Of a stretch of 64,000 nucleotides of DNA, positions 40,239-53,940 are shown one piece after another. The DNA is from Camelus dromedarius (Eukaryota), in assembly GCF_036321535.1 (NCBI RefSeq), contig NC_087437.1, positions 41,480,001-41,544,000 on the forward strand, in the 5' to 3' direction. The translations under genes and the position numbers were made by a program. Every line of letters starts with the position of its first letter. The first letter of the stretch is position 1. A model generated the notes under the pieces. The model was not told where the DNA came from. It worked only from the letters and a program-made list of their open reading frames with translations, and ran no database searches.

Positions 40239-43200
40239 CTTTATGGTATTATTCTCCGATGAACCTCTGGAGAAAGACTTCCCCCATTTCTTATGGCTGG
40301 ATAGGAATCTAAAACACTCCTGAAAGAGGAAATTGGAAGCAAAACATTCTAATGCAGTTTATAGAATGTCCCAAAACAGTAAGGTTGTGCTGAAAGGCAG
40401 AGAGAGAAAATGATTAAATAAAGCCCATTTCTCAGACAAAGAAAATGAGACAGGAAATACAAAATTTGCTTTAGGCACTAGGATGAGTCAGAGAGAAACC
40501 AATAAGAGAAACATGAACTTAGGTTCTGACCTTTAGAAAGAAGAAAAACAATTTTATCACTAACCCCTCCCCAATCCAATCCTGGGTCTTTGCAAGAACA
40601 GGGAAGAAATCTCCACTAGAAAACCTTCCCTAGAAGCCAATGCAACATCAGGAATTGGAAGGAAAACGTAGAAATGTGTGGGTTTTTTTTTTTTTTTTTT
40701 TTTTTTATGAAGGACAAAAGCAGAGAGTGGTAAGGGTTAGATTCACTATTAAAGTAAACAAACAAGCAAGCAGAACAACAGCCATTGCTCACCAAGCACT
40801 GTTAAGTGCCTCATATACACACTGTCTCCCCAGAGCCTCACATCAGCCCTTTGAGTCCTGCCCTAATGTTATTCCCATTTGACATATGAGGAGTTGAGGG
40901 TCAGAAGTACGTAACTTGCCTCAGGTCAGACAGCCACGTGATGAGGCCAAGATACCAGCTCAGGCCTGTCCGATTACCAAGGCAGGGCAGTAACCTCTCA
41001 GCACCACTGCCTCTGCCATGGTTACTTGTATAAGATTGCTACTCTGTCCCATTTCAGCATGTTTTCTAAGAAACCCCTCAGTTCACCTCATCAAGGTCAT
41101 GGGCAAGACTGTAACAGGAGCTCAGCCTGGAGACTTCCCCTAACTGTGCAGGAAGATCAATAGACTAGATCTCACTGGGTGCTGTCAGAGTCCGGGCCTG
41201 GGCTCGTGCCCAGCCTAGTCCCTCCCTCCGGCTGCCTTTCATAGAGCACAGAGGCTGTGGCCCCCGCGCCCGCCCCCCAGAGTCACAGCTGCCCTGGCAC
41301 AGCTGGGCTGCCAGCCTCCTGGCATGATGCAGTGGTTCCCTTCTAAAAACACAATTAGACAGGGCATTGCTGTCAGACTTTTTAAAATACTATTCTTTCA
41401 GAGAAGTTTTAGATTCACAGCAAACTTGAGTGGAAGGTACAAAGATTTCCCCTAGCCCCCCTGCCCCTACACATTATCTACACCCCCCACCAGAGAGGTG
41501 CACTTGTTACAATGGATGCATCTACGCTGACACGTCATAATCACCCAAAGTCCATACTTTACATTAGGATTTATTCTTGGTGTTGACTTTTCTATTTCTT
41601 CAGAACTTTTTTGGGAATTGCATTTGGTATTTTTAAAAAGACCTTCTATGGTATTGTATTTTAAAAGCAATTTTGTTTCTACCAAGGGAGGGCTTTAGGA
41701 GGCAAGAGCTGTTTTTCAAACCTCTCCCACCATGCAAGCTTATTCTGTGAGTTCTTTGGATATGTAGCACAGATGTCTCTCTTTGCTCCCAGGATGACAA
41801 TAATTATGATGAGAGTAATAATAATAACAAGAACCCGTATAGTCTGCCCACTCTGAGCCATGCATTCTTATACATGAGCCATGCACTTTAATACTTTCAT
41901 ACTTGAGGAAACTGAGGTCCAGAGAAGTTGTTACTTATCCAAGGTCACACAATTAAGAAGTACAGAACCTTAAAAAACAAAGGAGTAGAAATCTTTCAAT
42001 AGGTTTTTTTTTTTTAAATTCTGCTTTCATCAACCTGCATATAAGCAGTTCTGAGAGTGAAGTCTTCCTTCCACAAATATTTATTGAAACCCTACCTTGA
42101 GCCATTCAAAGGATGGCAAGATCAGAGTGCCTAGGCTGTGATTTCAGCACTGATAAGAGGCATGCAATCTTATAAGATAGTCTTTGCAATATGAAAAAAT
42201 CTCTCTCCTATTTAACACCTCCACCTGGCAAGCACCTCCCATTTCCCTTCATAGGAGGAGGCAGCAAGGCCGACACCTCTTGTCTGTTCATCTTCATCCA
42301 CTCAACCCTTGGCTTCCCCTCCCATGCCGAGAAATGCTCCCGCAGGTGAACAGTGACTTCCGAAAGGCCAGGCCCCATGGGCACGGAGAGTCCTTAGTTG
42401 CCTGTCTTCTCTGTGGCATGTGACACTCTCACCAGCTTTCTCTTCCTTGAAACTCCATTTTTTTGAAACTCTGGTGACTTCCCAAGACCACCCTTTCCCC
42501 TTCTCCCTCCTCCTCCTCTGATGTTCCTTCACGGTGTTCTTCATTATAATTAATTTTATAACTTGGAACTTTAAAGGTGCTTTGTGCGTAATTAACTTAC
42601 AACGGTTTTGATGAGCTAAATCAGCAGCCTGCCAAGGGGCGGGATGGGAGTACTGCTCCAGGAGGGCCCACAGCTGGCCCTGGCTTTGCCCACGGATTCC
42701 GAGAGAAGCCAGGTTCCAGCCTCAGCGCAGCGATGGGCTTGGCTGTGTCTCTTCTGGGCGCTCACTGTCAACCATCAAAGCAGGAGCAGCTCATTGTTTG
42801 CTAGGAATGCATTTAGGAAAGACAAAGCCTGCTGAGTGTGGAAAGACCGCAGGTTCAGGCACAGGGCTGGGATTCAAGGCCTACACCTGTGAACAGCATT
42901 CACTTCGTTGGGTGTTGATTTTAAATGTGAATTTTCTAACAATAGGGCCCCAGCTTCTGCTGGCTCTAAAGGGTTACAGATTTTCCCTCCCGGTGACAGA
43001 TTGTGCAGTTACATCCCAGAAGACATAAAACTCCTTCCAGTCATCCCAGAATTAGTTCCATAGATTTCCAGTTAGAGAAGAGAGCCATTCTGGGTAACGC
43101 AGCAGATGTAAATTGTGTGCCTGAATTGATTTTGCATTAATTTCTCGTAGGCTATTTCCAAGCTGCTTAAATACTATGTTTTAAAGCTTTTATGGTATTG

Positions 43201-44258
43201 TGTTTTAAAAGCTGATTTGTTTCCACCTGAGAGCTGGCTCCAGGAGGAACGAGCTGTTTTTCAAACCCTTCCCCTTGTGGGTGAGTATTTTCACTGGTGA
43301 AGAATTGTCAACCCTGAGCTGTCTGTTTGCACAGCTCCTGTTCTCGTGCTGCTTCTGAATTCTCTCTTTTGCAAGACACGTCATGGGGCACAAGCTTCAG
43401 CTTTCACACTCCCTTGAGGGACCAGCCCTGGTGCCCTTTGGAAGTAAGCTAAGTGGTCGTGCAGGAGCTCAGGGGCTCAGAGAAGGGCGCTGAGTGTCCT
43501 TGCTGCACCGCAGGGCCCACGAGCCTTGCATTCTGGGCTCTTGACTCTGCTACTTGAACCAAATGCTTTTAAAAACTGTCAGATGAAGAGCAAAAATATA
43601 ATCTATAAACCCTCTTTTTCTTTTGAAAGAGAGAAAAAGAGATAGGGGCCTGAGCTCAGATGGATGTCCTGAATATGATACAGAAGCTCTTCTTATAACT
43701 TTTGAAGCATTAATTTTCTTAGGTATAAAGATTCACGGCACTCAGTAGCCAGCCTGTTCCTTCAACCAACACGTGGAGCCAGCAGGCTGGGGCCCTTCAC
43801 TGGCGTTTCTTCATTGATGTGGCTGTTTGCTAGGCTTAGGTTTATTTTTGAGACAAGTGGTTTGATGGATTGACACTCATTCTCAATTAAACTAAACACT
43901 AAAAGGACTATACTTGAGAGTATAGGAAATGCAATGGAAGAGAAGTATACAATCATGATGGAAACTAAAGTTTCCATGAAGATGGAAAGAAGTGGAAGGT
44001 AACTGGTTTAATCAGAGGGATAATTCCCCAGGACAAAGAGGGGACTATACAACATGGAATATGCAATTGACAATTTGTGAGAGGTTAGAAGGCTGGCACT
44101 GAAACTGGATGTCTGTTATCCTAAAATTAATCCAGGAGAAGGCTCCGGACTCAAGGACGATTGGACTAAAAACTTCATTTAGGGATGTGACCTCGTAGAG
44201 AAAGGTAATTTTGCATCAAGCAGCTGCATTTTCCAGTGCCATGCTCATTTTTAGATTC

Positions 44259-44277
44259 TAGCACCACCTAGAGGAGA
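44259..44277 (-). promoter_or_regulatory. CTCF binding motif (moderate match)
   Basis: Minus strand TCTCCTCTAGGTGGTGCTA; core CCTCTAGGTGGTGC fits CCNSYAGRKGGYRC. Confidence 0.45.
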
Positions 44278-44504
44278 GAATGAAATAATTTCTATCCACT
44301 GCTCAGTCAAATGGTTAGTAACTATTTTCCAGTTTTCAAAGCTCTTTCACTTTAATATCTCATTTGATATTCAGGCAATTATCTTTGAGATAGAATTTCT
44401 ATCTTCATTGTACAGATGAAGAAATTCATCTCTCAGGAGCTTACTTCGCAAAGAATTTGACCACTTTTTTTATGTGACTGAAAATGTTCTCTATGAATTG
44501 ATTA

Positions 44505-44990
44505 TTTTTAACAACTTTATTCAAGTATAATTTACATACTGGAAAACTAACTGATTTTAAACATACAATTCATTAATTTTTAGTAAATTTACTGGGTTGT
44601 ACAGCCATCCCCATAATGCAGTTTTAGAATATTTTTATCACTACAAGATCCCTCCTACCTCTTTTACACTTAATCTCCCTTCCTTTCCCTCCCCCCCACC
44701 CCCAGCCCCAAGCAGTCACCAGTTTGTTTTCTGTCTCCATAAATTGCCTTTTCTGCGCATTCCATGTAAATGGAATCATACAACACATGATCTTTTGTGG
44801 CTGGCTTCCTTCACTTAGTATAATGTTTTTGAGGTTTAGCCAAGGTTATCAGCATTTCGTTTCTTCTTATTGCTGAGTAGCGTTCCATTGTATTGGTAGA
44901 CCACATTTTATTTGTTCACCAGCTGATGGACATTTGGGTTGTTTCCCATTTTTTGCTATTATGAATATTGCTGCTATGAATATTCACATA
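44505..44990 (-). mobile_element. Old LINE-1 (L1MB-like) 3' end
   Basis: acaactttattcaagtataatttacatac...gatggacatttgggttgtttcccattttttgctattatgaata. Confidence 0.85.
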
Positions 44991-46569
44991 AAAGTCATCC
45001 TTTTAAGCAAGAAACTTTCATTACTACTCAGGGCAGTGAGTAAAATTTGTGGAAGAGAATGACTATGTACACTCTGTATATTGGGGAGAAAAATTAGGAT
45101 AGACAACTTGGAGATGCCCAAAGGGAAGGCATCTGGGTCCTGGGCGCCATATGTATATGCAGGAACCAAGGGACTCTTGGAACCACATTCTTACAGAAAC
45201 GCAGGAGAAATATGGGGAAATAATTCAGGATTTGCTTTGATGGATTAGAAGGAATCAAAGATAGTCCCTTAGGAATTTCCTCTTGCTGGGTCAATACAGT
45301 ACACAGCAGATGCAGCCTTTGGAAATACATCTGAAGTTGGGGGTCCCCTTGTAACCCCTCCTCGTTGTGAAGACAGTAGTCAAGGAGCCCTTTCAAAAGT
45401 TAAATGATGGGATCAAATGCATCTGAGTCCAAATCCAAGCTCTGTCAACTTATCTAAGGACTTGGCTGGTCAATTTTCTCATCAGTATCCTTAGAGGCAA
45501 CAGCACATGCACATACGGTATATGCAAAGGACTGAGAGTGGGGCCCGGCCCAGAGTGAATCTCATCATTTTTGTAGGATTGGATTGTGTCCTAGATACCC
45601 AGAAATAGTGACACTGACCTCTGTTTATTTACATTTTTTCCTTGGATGTTTCTGGCCTGAGATCCTGAGATAAATTTCCTTTAGAAATGATGCAATGTAT
45701 GTGGAAGTGGAACCTCATAAAAAAATACATTGCTTATCACCCAGAGTGTTGTAGGCTGGTAGGAAAATTTAGTGCATATCTGGAAGAAGCAGTTAGGACT
45801 TAGGGGGATAAACACTAAAACAATTAGCATGATAAGCTAGCAACTCGTTTTGCATATAAAAGCGTTACCTAGGACTCTATAGAATTTTCCCTATTTATGG
45901 AAGACAGTCAGAGGTCCTTGGGTTTAATCAAGATTTAATACCCTGTGAGGGGAAATGTGAAGAATACAAATTCTCAATAATAGGCAATGTGTCAAATGCA
46001 GTAATTGCCAGTTTTAACAGTCCTTCCTGTTGTCCCTCCCTTTGTCAGCCTGTGCGCCTGATTCTTAGTCAGGAAAACACGACCAGAACCAGATTAAGTC
46101 CCTGGAAAAAACAAAGGAATGAAATACATATCCTGACCCAGGAAAATATGTCAAAGTCTCAACAAAGCCATAATCTTTAAAATGACAAAACAACATATTC
46201 AGAAGTATTTAAATCAGGGAATTCCCCCCCAAAGAAAAGCTGAAGGCTTTTATTTCCCTTGGGGCAGGGCAGATGTCTTTCACGAGCTGCACACACTTGT
46301 TTCACTCAGCCAAGTGATAAATTTAAGAGGTGGAAGTCACTGTGAGTTCCAGAAATCTTACTGTTGAGGAAAGCCAGGATGTGAGGAGGAAAGGTCACTG
46401 GATGTGCTTGTTTGTCATGGGAAGAAAGCAGTGCAGACGGATAAAGAAAGAAATACAAGTGTGTCCAGGGTGCTATTGGTAAACGTGAGGGAAGAGCAGA
46501 TAGAACTGCCCTGGTGAGACATACTGTAAGTTCAGGAAGCAGCATCCTGTTACCTGTGTCAGGACACTG

Positions 46570-46975
46570 CCTTACTGGCTCTAGCTTGTGTAGCTCTGGA
46601 GCCTCACCCTTGGCCTTGTGACTTTGCAGCTCCTCCCACTACAAGTGTGGGTGTTGAATTTAAACATGTGGCCGATGCAACGTGGGCAGAGTGACCATGC
46701 GCCAGCTCCAGCCTAAACCTTTGGAGGCATATGTGTTTTCAGTTGTGCTTTCCTCTCGTGCTTCTGCCATTGTCATGAGAAGAAAATGTTGCGGCCAGCC
46801 CAGGGAGGAGGAGGAAGACAGATACTTGAAGGAGAGGTGGATGTGAGCGCAACCTAGATCAGCCGACCCCCAGCCAACCCACAGACATGCAAGCAAGTGG
46901 AAGGGATCGTTGTTTAAAGCCCCTGGATTTTGAAGCTGTTGAGCAGCATTATTGTGATGATAGGTTACTGATATA
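46570..46975 (+). mobile_element. MaLR solo LTR (older MLT1)
   Basis: cttctgccattgtcatgagaagaaaatg...ttgtttaaagcccctggattttgaagctgttgagcagcattattgtg. Confidence 0.7.
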
Positions 46976-47242
46976 GATGCTCAGATTAATGGGACTTATT
47001 TTCAAAATGTTTACTTTCTTCCTCAAAGCAACATGATAGTTCAGAGTAAAGTTTAAAGTAGAACAACTTTTAGGGACAAAATAGATTATGCTAATTAACT
47101 GTTATTAACCTCCTATGAGCTAAATATTTGCTTTTATGTGGATCTAATTATCTTTGTTTCTCTTCCAGTCTCTGGATACTTGGATGCCCTTCACAGCTCT
47201 GGGCTCATATGCTGCATTCTACATTGTGATCACTTTTAAGGT

Positions 47243-48264
47243 AGGGTCGCCAGATAAAATACAGAACGATTAGTTAAATTTGAATTTCAGATAAATAAGG
47301 TATAATTTTTTAGTGTAAGTTGTCCCATACTTGAGAATAAGTATGCATGAGAAATATTTATATTAAAGTAGTATTTGTTGTTAAATTTAACAAAAGAAAT
47401 ACAAAACTGAAGCTCTGGAAACTATACAACACTACCAAAAGAAATGAAAGATCATCTAAATAAATGGGAAGACACCCTTTGTTCACAGATCAGAAGGCAT
47501 AATATTGTTAAGATTGCAATACCCTCCAAATTGATCTGCAGATTCAGTGCAATCTGTATCAGAATACCAGCTGGTTCTTTGCAGGGAATTGACAAGCTGA
47601 CCCTAAAATTGATATGGAAACGTAAGGGTCCCCGAACAGCCAAAACAATCTTGGAAAAGCAGAACAAACTGGAGAATGCACACTTCACAACTTCAAACCC
47701 TACTACAAAGCAACGGTAATAAAAAACACTGTAGTGTAGGCATAGATAGACATATAGATTAACAAAATAGAATTGAAAGGCAATAAATAAACCCGTATAT
47801 CTTGGTAATTAATTTTCAACAAGGTTCCAAAGACCATTCAATGTGGAAAGAATAGTCTTTTCAACAAATGGTGCTGAGAACAGTATAGTCAAGTGCCAAA
47901 CAGTGAAGTTGGACTCTTACTTCATACGATACACAAAAATTAACTCTAAATTGATCAAAGACCTAAATAAAAAAGCCAGACTTTAAAACTTTTAGAAAAA
48001 ACATTAGGGTAAATCTTTGTGACCTCGGATTTAGCAATAGATTATCAGATATGTCACCAAAAGCACGAGCAACAAAAACTAAAAGATAAACTGGTCTTCA
48101 TCAAAATTAAAAGTTCTGTGCTACAAAGGACACTATGAAGAAAGTGAAAAGACAAACCACAGAATAAGAGAAAATATTTGCAAATAGTATACCTAACAAG
48201 GAACTTCTGTGTGGAGTAAATAAAGACCTCTTATAATAGCTCAATAATAAAATGACAAACCAGT

Positions 48265-48295
<31 letters not shown>

Positions 48296-49192
48296 AGATC
48301 TGAACAGACATTTCTCCAAAGAAAATATGCAAATGGCCAAAGAGCATGTGAAAATATTCTTAACATGACTAGTTATCAGGACAATGAAAATGAAAGCCCC
48401 AATGAGATGTTACTTCCCACATACTAGGATGGCTATAATTAAAACATCAGACAGTAACCAGTGCTGGTGAGGACATGGAACCCCCATTCATGCTGACAGA
48501 AATGTAAAATGGCATAGCCACTTTGGGAATCAGTCTGGCAGTTCCCCAGAAAGTGAAATTTAGAGTTACCCTGTGACCCAGCAATTTCCCTTCTAGGTAC
48601 GTACTGAAGAAAACATAGGTCCACACAAAAACTTGTAGACAAATGTTCATAGCAGCCTTATTCATAATAGCTAAATGATGTAAACAACCTGAATGTCCAT
48701 CAACTGATGAATGGATGAACAAAATGTGCTATATCCATCCAATGGAATATTATTCAACCATAAAAATGAATTAAGTACTGATAACATGCTACAACACAGA
48801 TGAACCTCAAAAACATGCTAAAAGGAGTCAGTCATAAAAGACTACATATTATATGATTCCATTTGTATGAAATATTCAGAAAAGGCATATCTATAGATAT
48901 AGAAAAAGGAGGTTAGTAATGCCTAGGTCTGAGGTGGGGGTTAGATTTTGAGAGGTGATTGCTAAAAGATACAGGTTTTCTGCTGGAGGTGATGGAAGTA
49001 TTCTAAAACTGACCATGATGATAATTGCACGTACCTGTGAGGTTACTAAAAACCATGCAATTGTGCACTCTAAGTGGATGACTTGTGTGTGAATCACATA
49101 TCAATAAAAGTGTTATAAAATAAAATATTTATCATTATCCAAAATTTAACTGGGGGGGGGTCCTGTATTTTTATGTGCTAAATCTGGCACAT
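47243..49192. mobile_element. MER53 palindromic hAT MITE in two pieces (47243-47382 and ~49126-49192), split by L1
   Basis: Left agggtcgccagataaaatacagaacgattagttaaatttgaatttcagataaa and right aaatttaactggg...tcctgtatttttatgtgctaaatctggca are mutually inverted and match the recalled MER53 consensus. Confidence 0.85.
47383..49125 (+). mobile_element. LINE-1 (L1MB-like) ORF2 3' part and 3' UTR
   Basis: ORF MKDHLNKWEDTLCSQIRRHNIVKIAIPSKLICRFSAICIRIP is decayed ORF2; 3' end tcaataaaagtgttataaaataaaa. Confidence 0.93.
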
Positions 49193-49789
49193 AAACTATA
49201 TTTTAAGGGAAAAGTGCTAATTACCTTCTTAGTAGCTTTGAAATTCCCTTTTACTCAAAAATATCTACTTTTATGTCTCCTTTGGCCCCAAAAGACTACT
49301 CTTACATTCCCCACTTTATCTGTCTTCCTGGTCAGAACAATCTGCTTCTCTAATACTTTGCAGCTAGATCACCCCTGTTGCAGGGTGAAGTCTAGCTTGT
49401 GTTCTGCTGTTGTGAGAATTAAATTCCCTTTCCTCCCTAATATTTTACAATCTTCAAGCTGAATAGAAAAGTTTTGTACAAGCCTTTATAGTGGTTTCTC
49501 TCCACTCTTGAGGAATAGGATTTCTTTATTCCTATTAGCTATGAGATTAAGGAGAATTTTGAGGATTTTGATTTTCCCTCTTTTTCTTTTAAGCCATTAA
49601 TTTCCAAACATTCCTATATATTAACATCATGGAGGGAGATTTAAAAAATCCAGACACCCAAGCCATACCCCAGGTCAATGAAATTGGAAGTTCTGGAGGT
49701 GGGGCCCGGTATTAGTAAGTTTTAAAGCTTGCCATGTGACTCCAGTGTGCTGCCTTCAGCTAGTGCTTCACCAAACGCAACGTCCATAC

Positions 49790-50360
49790 AGATCACTCAA
49801 GGCAGCCCACTGCTTAGAAACTTCCAATGGCTTCTTAACAATTAGAATAAAACTCAAACTCCTAACTGAGGCTTTAAAAAAACCTACCTGGCCTGCCCTT
49901 GCTTGTCACTCTGATGTCATTTCCCATCATCTCCTCATTCATCTTGAGCTACACTGGCCCTCTGGCTTGTTCCTCGATCACCCCAGAGTCACCCTGACCT
50001 CACGGCCTTAGACTTGCTGTTCCTACTGCCTGCAACATTTCCAAACACGTTTTTGCACGGCTGACTCCTTACCAGTCAGATGTCTCTAAAACGCCACTTC
50101 CTTAGGGAGACCCTCCTCAGTCACCCTAACACCACTCTCTCTTCCAGGACTTGCAGATCCATTACTCCTACCGTACCACCACCATCTTTCTTGTAGGACT
50201 TTATACCATCTGAATTTTTTTCCTTCTTTTACTTCCTTATTGTCTGTCTCCTTTTTCTCTGTGAACAAGGGCTGGTCTGTTTTGTTCACCACTATATGCT
50301 TAGGACTCAGAATAGTGCCCAGGACATGTAGACCCACATTAAATATTTGATGAAGAAATG
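49790..50360 (+). mobile_element. LINE-2 3' region
   Basis: ccactgcttagaaacttccaatggcttc...tgtctgttttgttcaccactata...agaatagtgcccaggacatgtagacccacattaaatatttgatgaagaaatgaat. Confidence 0.85.
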
Positions 50361-53317
50361 ATTATAAAAATGTGCATAGTTTAAAAAACTAAAAATCACT
50401 CAGACCAGATCTATGAGTCATTGTAGGGGCGACTAAGGTGGAATAAACGTGAACTTCACAAGCACTGGAGTAGGGGTCAAGATAGTGAGAGGTCAAGGTG
50501 ATGGAGGTCATCTGGACAATGAGATGACCCCAGTTAACAGTAAAAAAACATATGAAAAATCTCTGTAGTTTGAGTGGGAGCAACCAAAGGATTGGTAGAT
50601 GACAGGAAGAGAATGAGGAAATATAAAATTAGGGCATTAGATTTTTTTTTTAAAGCTTCTCAAAAATCCCCTCCAGATCTAACACTCATTGTGTTGTTAA
50701 CTCAAAGGCAACTCAATAATCTTATTGTTCAGTTCTTGTCTACTTCCTTGGCAGGTTTCCCATAGTAGTCTCGTTCAAGCATAGCACAGGGCTTCAGACA
50801 TAGCAGGTGCTCAATAAAGACTTGTGTAGGAAAAGAGACTGAGGTTAGACTGATCGTGCCATTTGCCCAAAGATGCCCAGTAAAATACCGACAAGCTGGG
50901 ATTCGATTCCAAGGTCCATTCTCTTAACCTTTAAACAATACTGCCTTTGTCAAAAGACTGTTTTAGATTTATGTTTTCCTTCAGAATTACAACTATATAT
51001 GCGTTTTACATTCCCCAAATATATTTAGGATAAGAGTCAAGAATCAAACACATGATTGGGATTTTGCGAAACGGAATGGAGACAGTCAGGAAAGGTCAAT
51101 GAAGCATTTAAACCCAGGCTGCAGTCAGTGTCACTTGTAGCCTGATAGTGCGGGAGAGCAGGAGGGGGCACAGAACGGTGGCGAGTGGGCTGCTTCAGCT
51201 GGGCTCACTCCCTCAGCCTCGTGGGGAGGTGGGGGCTTAACTCAGCTCTAAACATCTGGGAAGTCTGTTCTTTTCTCTCTGCCCATTGTTTGGACCTTAC
51301 CCGTATCATTTAATCTCTCAGTTCTCTGCTCCATAGACACCTGCTCTCATCTGCCGTGAGCCTCTATTCTGAGATCATACTTGGAAATACCTGAAGCTGT
51401 TTGGAGAAGGGTGGAATTTTTGATGGTATCATATGGCCCTTCTGTGGCTAATCTGGTCAATATCTGTTACGTGTCCCCGGCAGGCTCGGAGGAATGAGGG
51501 CCCTGAAGTGGTGGATGAAGGAGCAGCACAGTCCATGGAGAAAATACCCACCCATACACCCTGTATCCTCTGAGGCCCAGACTTCTTCCTGGCCTGGACT
51601 CCTCGCTGTCAAGTGGAGGAGATACATTTATCAGAGAAAATTCAGGGTACTTGAGTCTGGTGCATGCTGTCTGGACTTGCTAAGCCCAGGGCAGTAATCC
51701 TGAAATCATCCTGAATCTATTTCTGGCCCTAGGTGCATGCTTTATATTTATATGGCGCTTTACAATTTTCAGGGCATGTTCACTGATTAACATGTATTCC
51801 TTAGCACAAGTCCTACTTTCAACAGTAAACTCAGAAGCTTGGCCTATGATAGATGTTCAGTTAGTATTATCTATCTTTGATTTCTCCAAATTTCCACTCC
51901 TAACTACCAATCTCCAGAGAGATCAAGCAAGACAAAAAAAAATTGATTAGTTTTGCTTGAAGTTTACTGGTTTTGGTGCCATGGGGGAGGGGCATGGTCC
52001 CCTGGTTTGCGTCTGCCTCCAGTTACATGCAGGCTGAGCACCCACTTGGGATTTTTGCACACGCAGGAAGGTAACGTATATCTCCTGGGTAGCAGAGTTA
52101 TCACATAAATAATCTGCACCGGAGACAGGTTTCCCACAGAAGGCTGTTAATGGCCATGATGTGCTTATCATAGCCTAGGAACCAAGGGTTCTTGGAGGCC
52201 CTCAAATGCTCTGGGCATCTCAAAATAAAAGGTGTGGCCAAGACAAAAATTAAACTGTCGTAATTGGCTTCTGCGTGGAAGCTCTCATTTGTGGTAACCA
52301 TACAAACGCAAGTACGGTTCAGTAATTTATTTCTCTGGCCCACGTGATGGGAGAAACTCTCAAGGCTGAGGGGCTTGCTTTTCCTTTGGACTCTCAGTGC
52401 TCATCTGTAATCTCACGTTGGATGGCAATGGCTGTATTTGTGCTGAACGGCATTTTTGCTTCAATAAATAAAAAATGGCAGGGATAAATTTCTTTTTGCT
52501 TTTTCTTTTTACTAATGAAAAATGAGCATTTGGTTCCCCCATTGTATTGCTATAATTCATGATCCTCAATCTTTTATTTGATGTGCATCCATGCCTTCAT
52601 GTGTGAAAAACTTGAAGGTCACAGAGTAGCAGGAACAGAAAGAAAACTTATCATTTAAACATTTCACACAGTATAAAGTCTGAGTTGTTATAATGGCCAT
52701 TTTCCGTCTGCAATAAAACATTCCTTTTAGAGACCATCGCATTTGCTTTCTCTGACCTATAAAAGTGTCAAAGAGGACACTTCTCCCTTTTATACCTCTT
52801 TTGACTTCAAAAAGAGGCCATGTAGCTTACTAATATAAATGTTATTTACAAACACATTTAAACAGGTTAAAGCAGGTGAAACAGACCATACCACTCACAA
52901 CAACAGGCTGGCTTAAGTGAACAAAAGATTACCATGGCTTATTTGAAATTCAGTCTCCTGAATACAGTGGGCTTCTTTTCCAGGTGTTGGAAATCTATCA
53001 TGATTTTCCTTTTATAAACAGCATTTGACAGCCATCTGATAATTCTTATAATAGAACTCAGTGTGAGTATGAACATAAAAGGCTTTGGGATTTTTGCAAG
53101 CACAGGAAGGTGATGCTTCTGGGTAGCAGAGTTATCCCACAATCAACTTATGAAAAGGACAGACAAAGCCGAGCATCTACCTGGGAAAACAAGAAATCAG
53201 AAACAAACAAACAAACAAACAACAAAAAAACCAACCCCGAGTATAATGGCCAATGTATGTGGTAGCGAATTTCCAGGATGACTCCAGTGACCCCCTGCCT
53301 CCTGGTGTCTATGCTGT

Positions 53318-53392
53318 ATACACACATGGTCCCTGACTTGTGATGATTTGACTTGCATTTTTCAACTTTATGATGGTGCCAAGGGATAAGCA
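53318..53392. mobile_element. Tigger-type (MER47/Tigger5-like) fragment
   Basis: ggtccctgacttgtgatgatttgacttgcatttttcaactttatgatggtgccaag is a CpG-decayed Tigger terminal sequence. Confidence 0.6.
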
Positions 53393-53434
53393 GTGGTGAC
53401 TTCTTTTTGTTTGTTTGAATACCTTTCTTTAATT

Positions 53435-53940
53435 CTTTTTTTTTAATTGAAGTATAGTCGATTTACAATGTTGGGTTAGTCTCTGGTGTACAGCATAGTG
53501 ATTCACATGTATATACACACACACATATATTCTTTTTCATTATAGGTCATTACAAGGTACTGAATATAGTTCCCTGTGCTAAACTGTAGGACCTGTTTTT
53601 TATTTTTTATATAGTAGCTAGTATCTGTAAATCCCCAAACGTAAGATGGGTGACTCCTTTAAGGTAATATTTTCCTCCCTTTTTTAAAAAAAATTAAGGT
53701 AAAATTGACATATAACATACCAGTTTCAGGTGTACAACATAATGATTCAGTATTTGTATATACTGCAAAATAATCACCATAAGTCTAAATAAAAAAAAGT
53801 CTAAATATCTGTCCCTATACATAGCTACAATGTTTTTCTTGTGATGAGAACTTTTAAGGTCTCCTCTCGTAGCAGCTTTCAAACATGCTGTACAGTATCA
53901 CTGCCTATGGTCATCATGCTGTACATCCCATGTCCATGAC
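53435..53940 (-). mobile_element. Two LINE-1 3' end fragments (~53435-53640 and ~53685-53940)
   Basis: First is the reverse complement of the L1 3' UTR seen at 8555-8725; second is homologous to 32285-32530. Confidence 0.85.
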
